A program made the translations under genes and the position numbers. Shown here piece by piece: positions 60,005 through 64,000 of a stretch of DNA of 64,000 nt. Where the stretch lies: assembly GCA_947627235.1 (NCBI GenBank), contig CANQVG010000009.1, positions 2,376 through 66,375 of the forward strand, read 5' to 3'. Within the stretch, counting starts at the first letter, position 1, and each line of letters opens with the position of its first letter. The DNA comes from an uncultured Clostridia bacterium (GTDB taxonomy: Bacteria > Bacillota > Clostridia > Oscillospirales > Ruminococcaceae). The notes beneath the pieces are model-generated. The model searched no databases. It was not told the DNA's origin and saw only the letters and a list, made by a program, of their open reading frames with translations.

Positions 60005-61015
60005 TTACTGCGAATCTCTTACGGCTGCGCGTATACGCTCAAGCCTGCGGCAAAGCCCGCTGAAAGCGTCGGGTCTGAGCGACAGCGGACCGTCGCACAT
60101 AGCGTGCGCGGGGTCCTGATGCACCGCGATTATAAGTCCGTCGGCGCCCGCCGCGACGGCAGCTTCCGAAAGCGGCGCGACAAGCTGCGCTCGGCCCGAG
60201 GAATTACTCGGGTCCACAATCACCGGTAGGTGTGAAAGCTGCTTCAAAACAGGTACCGCCGTTATATCAAGGGTTTGGGCGGTGTGGTTCTCAAAGGTGC
60301 GGATGCCTCTCTCGCAGAGTACGACGTTTTCGTTCCCTTCCGACATTATGTATTCGGCGCTCATCAGAAGCTCCTCATAGGTCGAGGAGACGCCGCGCTT
60401 TAAGAGTACAGGCTTATCCGAAGCCCCGAGAGCTTTTAAAAGCTCGTAATTCTGCATATTCCTGCCCCCGACGATTATCATATCGACGTCGTCAAACAGC
60501 CCGAGCTGAGACATATCCGTCACCTCGGCGGCTATCGGCAGTCCCGACGCTTTTTTTGCCTCGCAAAGATACTTAATTCCCTCGCCGCGAAGTCCCTGAA
60601 ACGAATATGGCGAAGTCCGCGACTTGAACGCCCCGCCCCACAGAATCTGTGCGCCGGCGTTTTTAAGCTCAACGGCGAGCGAACACATCTGCTCCGCCGA
60701 CTCCACCGAGCCGGGTCCCGCTATCACCGCAAGACTCCCTCCGCCTATTTCGGCGTTTCCTGCCTTTACGACGGTATCGGCGGGATGAAATTTGCGGTTG
60801 GCGTTCTTATAAGGCTCCTGCACCCTGCGTACAGCCTCTACTATGTCGAGCGCGGATATCAGGTCTATGTCGAGGGCGGAGGTGTCCCCGACAAGTCCCA
60901 GAATAGTCTGCTGCGCTCCGACGGTAGTATGAACGCTCACTCCCTTTGATTCGAGCCACGTCATCAGGCTTCTTAACTGAGCCTTATCGGGGTTCTGTTT
61001 TAAAATAACTACCAT
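60005..61015 (-). CDS. aroF: 3-deoxy-7-phosphoheptulonate synthase, type I-beta with N-terminal regulatory domain
   Basis: 336 aa with a ~65-aa N-terminal ferredoxin-like domain and a KDO8P/DAHP-synthase barrel (GAFKSRTSPYSFQGL, VIVDPSNSSG). Confidence 0.85.
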   Translation of the reverse strand: MVVILKQNPDKAQLRSLMTWLESKGVSVHTTVGAQQTILGLVGDTSALDIDLISALDIVEAVRRVQEPYKNANRKFHPADTVVKAGNAEIGGGSLAVIAGPGSVESAEQMCSLAVELKNAGAQILWGGAFKSRTSPYSFQGLRGEGIKYLCEAKKASGLPIAAEVTDMSQLGLFDDVDMIIVGGRNMQNYELLKALGASDKPVLLKRGVSSTYEELLMSAEYIMSEGNENVVLCERGIRTFENHTAQTLDITAVPVLKQLSHLPVIVDPSNSSGRAQLVAPLSEAAVAAGADGLIIAVHQDPAHAMCDGPLSLRPDAFSGLCRRLERIRAAVRDSQ

Positions 61016-61032
61016 TTTCGGTCATCTCCGGT

Positions 61033-61782
61033 TTATTCGTAATCCACAACGTTTACCCAGTTGAGCAGAAATTCGCGTTCGCGTTCGTTGCCCTTTACCG
61101 ATTGCGACGCCGCGACTATCGGCATCCACTTCTGCACGTACTGGCGCGCCGTGTCGCTCTTTTTGCAGAAGAGGTCGAGATACTGCTTTGCGGTCTCAAA
61201 CTCGCCGTCGAGGCAGAACAGAAGATAGGTTCTTGCGGCGTCGGCGGAGGCGTTGCCCTGAGTGGCGTGCGCCCAGTCGAGAATATATTTTTCGCCGCTA
61301 TCCGTAATTACCACGTTTGATGGGTTAAAGTCGCCGTGGCAGACCTTTTTGTGGTTAGGCATGCTCTCGAGACGGGTGTGAAGCTCGTAGCGGGTGGTAG
61401 CGTCGAGCTTGGTCTGACTTATTTTTGAATTCATCTTGTCCTTGAGCTTGGTGAGCATCGGGCAGGTTTTCGACTGCACCTGTAGCTGAAGCTCCACAAA
61501 CTCCTCAAGATACTCCTGCTTCTTTTCGGGGTGTTCAGCCATAAGCTCGGCGAGGGTTCTGCCCTCGATATACTCCGAGACGAGCGCCCACCTTCCGTTT
61601 ACGGTGGTCACTTCGAGAATCTTCGGGATATTCAGACCGGTTTCCTCGATTCTCGCCTGATTCAGCGCTTCGTTGAGAATCAGCGCTTTTGAGTATCCCT
61701 CATTAAAAAGCTTTATGCATAGGTCTTTGTCGCGGTAAACGGTCTTATTCGCCCTTACGGCGACAACATTGTCAAGATTCAT
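61033..61782 (-). CDS. APH/choline-kinase-family phosphotransferase
   Basis: 249 aa with a Brenner-type motif (VCHGDFNPSNVVI) and DWAHATQGN. Confidence 0.65.
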   Translation of the reverse strand: MNLDNVVAVRANKTVYRDKDLCIKLFNEGYSKALILNEALNQARIEETGLNIPKILEVTTVNGRWALVSEYIEGRTLAELMAEHPEKKQEYLEEFVELQLQVQSKTCPMLTKLKDKMNSKISQTKLDATTRYELHTRLESMPNHKKVCHGDFNPSNVVITDSGEKYILDWAHATQGNASADAARTYLLFCLDGEFETAKQYLDLFCKKSDTARQYVQKWMPIVAASQSVKGNEREREFLLNWVNVVDYE

Positions 61783-61786
61783 AGGT

Positions 61787-64000
61787 TCAGACCTCCTTGT
61801 TTTCGCCGTAGTAGGCGTTAAGATACATCTGCTTTATCTCGCTCATAAGAGGATAGCGCGGGTTGGCGCCTGTGCACTGGTCGTCAAAGGCGTTTTCGGT
61901 CATTTCGTCGAGTGTCTTTAAAAACGCCTTTTCGTCGGGGACATAATCTCTTATCGTCGGTTTTATGCCTATTCTTTGCTTGAGTTCATCGACGGCTTTA
62001 ATGAGGTTTTCGACCTTTTCGGCGTCGTCCCTGCCCGATATGCCGAGGCTGTCGGCTATCTCGGCGTATCTCGCCCTCGCGTGCGGATAGGCGTACTGCG
62101 GGAATGTACCCATCTTGCGGGGAGTTTCGGAGGAATTATAGCGTATCACCTCGTCTATGAGGAGCGCGTTGGCTACGCCGTGGGCGATGTGGTGATAGGC
62201 TCCGAGCTTGTGCGCCATCGAGTGGCAGACGCCCAAAAACGCGTTTGCGAACGCCATACCCGCCATTGTTGCGGCGTTTGCCATCTTTTCGCGGGCGATT
62301 CTGTCGCCGCCGTTTTCGTATGCTCTCGGCAGATATTCAAATATTATCTTCAGAGCCTGAAGCGCGAGACCGTCGGTGTAGTCCGTAGCCATAACCGAGA
62401 CGTAAGCCTCAAGCGCGTGGGTTACTGCGTCTATTCCCGAAGCAGCCGTGAGACCCTTCGGCGCGGTCATATGAAAGTCGACGTCTATTACCGCCATATC
62501 GGGCAGAAGTTCATAGTCGGCAAGGGGATATTTCACGCCGGTTTTTCCGTCGGTGATGACGGCGAACGGAGTTACTTCAGAGCCGGTTCCCGCAGATGTC
62601 GGAATCGCTGTGAAGTACGCTTTTCTGCCAAGCTCAGGGAACGGACAGATTCTTTTTCTTATATCGGAAAATCTCATTGAGATGTCGGCAAAATCGGTGT
62701 CGGGATACTCGTATAACAGGTGCATTATCTTAGCCGCGTCCATAGCCGAGCCGCCGCCGAGCGCTATTATCGCGTCGGGTTCAAAGCTTCGCATAGCCTT
62801 TGCGCCTGCCTCCGCACTCGCGAGTGTAGGATCCGGTTCGACGTCGTAAAAGACGGTGTAAACCGCTCCGAGCGATGAGAGCTTATCCTCGACGGGCTTT
62901 GTATGACCGTTTTTATAGAGAAAGCTGTCGGTCACGATAAATACGCGTTTTTTGCCCGAACCGACAAGTTCTTCGAGCGCGGTGGGCAGACAGCCCTGTT
63001 TGACATAGATTTTTTCGGGTGTGCGGAACCAGAGCATGTTTTCTCTCCTTTCGGCGACGGTCTTGATGTTGAGAAGATGCTTAACGCCGACGTTTTCGCT
63101 CACAGAGTTGCCGCCCCAAGAGCCGCATCCGAGGGTGAGCGACGGCGCGAGCCTGAAGTTGTAGAGGTCGCCTATGCCGCCCTGCGACGACGGCGTGTTG
63201 ACAAGTATTCGGCAGGTCTTCATTCTCTCGGCAAAGGCGGCGAGCTTTTCGCGCTCGGTGTCGGCGTTGAGATATATCGAGGACGTGTGTCCGAAGCCGC
63301 CGTCTGCTATCAGGCGTTCCGCTTTGGAAAACGCTTCTTCAATGTCCTTTGCGCGGTACATCGCCAGCACCGGCGAAAGCTTTTCGTGGGCAAACTCCTC
63401 GGAAAGTTCCACGCTTTCAACCTCGCCTATCAGAATCTTTGTATCCTTCGGGACGCTTATTCCGCAGATTTCGGCGATCTTCGGCGCGCACTGCCCGACT
63501 ATCTTTGCATTGAGAGAGCCGTTGATTATCATAGTGTGCCGGACGGCGTCTGTCTCGTCGGGGTTCAGAAAATAGCAGCCCCTGCGGGCAAATTCCGCTT
63601 TTACGGCGTCGTATACGCCGTCGAGGACTATTACCGACTGCTCCGAGGCGCATATCATTCCGTTGTCGAAGGTTTTTGAGTGGATTATCGAGTTGACCGC
63701 GAGCAGAATATCGGCGGAATCGTCGATTATCGCGGGGGTGTTGCCCGCGCCGACGCCGAGGGCCGGCTTTCCACTCGAATACGCCGCCGTAACCATTCCC
63801 GCGCCGCCCGTTGCGAGGATAATATCAGCTTCGCGCATTAAAAGGTTCGTCATTTCGAGGGTGGGAACGTCTATCCACGCGATAATGCCCTCCGGCGCTC
63901 CCGCCTCGACGGCGGCTTCAAGGACAGTCTTAGCGGCTTCTATCGTGGACTTCTTAGCGCGCGGGTGCGGACTGATTATTATTCCGTTTCTCGTTTTCAG
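61787..64000 (-). CDS. adhE: bifunctional acetaldehyde-CoA/alcohol dehydrogenase (5' end beyond window)
   Basis: The frame stays open to the window edge (ISPHPRAKKSTIEAAKTVLEAAVEAGAPEGIIAWIDVPTLEMTNLLM...). It has ALDH-domain motifs (ATGGAGMV, GVGAGNTP) and a C-terminal Fe-ADH domain (GGGSAMDAAK, His cluster). Confidence 0.93.
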   Translation of the reverse strand: MKTRNGIIISPHPRAKKSTIEAAKTVLEAAVEAGAPEGIIAWIDVPTLEMTNLLMREADIILATGGAGMVTAAYSSGKPALGVGAGNTPAIIDDSADILLAVNSIIHSKTFDNGMICASEQSVIVLDGVYDAVKAEFARRGCYFLNPDETDAVRHTMIINGSLNAKIVGQCAPKIAEICGISVPKDTKILIGEVESVELSEEFAHEKLSPVLAMYRAKDIEEAFSKAERLIADGGFGHTSSIYLNADTEREKLAAFAERMKTCRILVNTPSSQGGIGDLYNFRLAPSLTLGCGSWGGNSVSENVGVKHLLNIKTVAERRENMLWFRTPEKIYVKQGCLPTALEELVGSGKKRVFIVTDSFLYKNGHTKPVEDKLSSLGAVYTVFYDVEPDPTLASAEAGAKAMRSFEPDAIIALGGGSAMDAAKIMHLLYEYPDTDFADISMRFSDIRKRICPFPELGRKAYFTAIPTSAGTGSEVTPFAVITDGKTGVKYPLADYELLPDMAVIDVDFHMTAPKGLTAASGIDAVTHALEAYVSVMATDYTDGLALQALKIIFEYLPRAYENGGDRIAREKMANAATMAGMAFANAFLGVCHSMAHKLGAYHHIAHGVANALLIDEVIRYNSSETPRKMGTFPQYAYPHARARYAEIADSLGISGRDDAEKVENLIKAVDELKQRIGIKPTIRDYVPDEKAFLKTLDEMTENAFDDQCTGANPRYPLMSEIKQMYLNAYYGENKEV

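Noticed and set aside
61976-63679. Plus-strand ORFs 61976-62680 and 62903-63679 opposite adhE
   Set aside because: They are antisense to an unambiguous AdhE reading frame that stays open to the window edge.

Overview
Chromosomal window from a Gram-positive, Clostridia-like genome. This is inferred from spoVG, rny, a T-box leader, sigma-A type TTGACA-N17-TATAAT promoters, GGAGG ribosome-binding sites and hairpin/T-run terminators; no species can be assigned. All family calls come from motif recognition by eye and no database search was run. I count about 59 protein-coding genes, one tRNA-Leu(UAG), one Thr-specific T-box leader and a probable L10 leader/attenuator. Housekeeping blocks are rpmG-secE-nusG-rplK-rplA (+) facing an inverted rplJ-rplL (-); nudF-lexA-murC; spoVG; T-box-methyltransferase(frameshifted)-thrS; rny; mtnN; and adhE-kinase-aroF-pheA-bioY. 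Accessory genes include a choloylglycine-hydrolase-family gene, sanA-like, a C39-like peptidase, a XynC-like GH30 xylanase, an MBOAT/DHHW O-acyltransferase pair, an ECF-type sigma module and a type-I ABC exporter. There are also two orphan surface proteins with an unusual xPxTGIAL C-terminal sorting-like signal. The most unusual region is a 20-kb, 14-gene, single-strand locus (about 22.4-42.5 kb). It runs from a perfect consensus promoter to a bidirectional terminator. It combines two LolD/MacB-class ATPases, a 972-aa CBM-CBM-solute-binding fusion protein that lacks a lipobox, and two MalFG-type permease pairs with long basic N-terminal tails. It also holds an NHL/TPR type-I membrane protein, a Yip1-like protein, an 854-aa DUF5696-like secreted protein, a CBM+GH26-like lipoprotein, and a membrane-fusion adaptor plus double-FtsX permease. 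It has no cytoplasmic enzyme, no MalK-type ATPase and no classical sugar regulator, and I flag it as the best candidate for an undescribed envelope system. Non-coding oddities are a G9 tract inside a promoter spacer, a triplicated rplL 3' end plus terminator, and a 216-bp MITE-like insertion with an 8-bp target duplication. There is also a dispersed family of GC-rich multi-hairpin elements sharing a terminal motif, and a duplicated tRNA-Leu 3' end. No CRISPR array, rRNA, transposase, integrase, phage gene or recognisable defence gene was seen.
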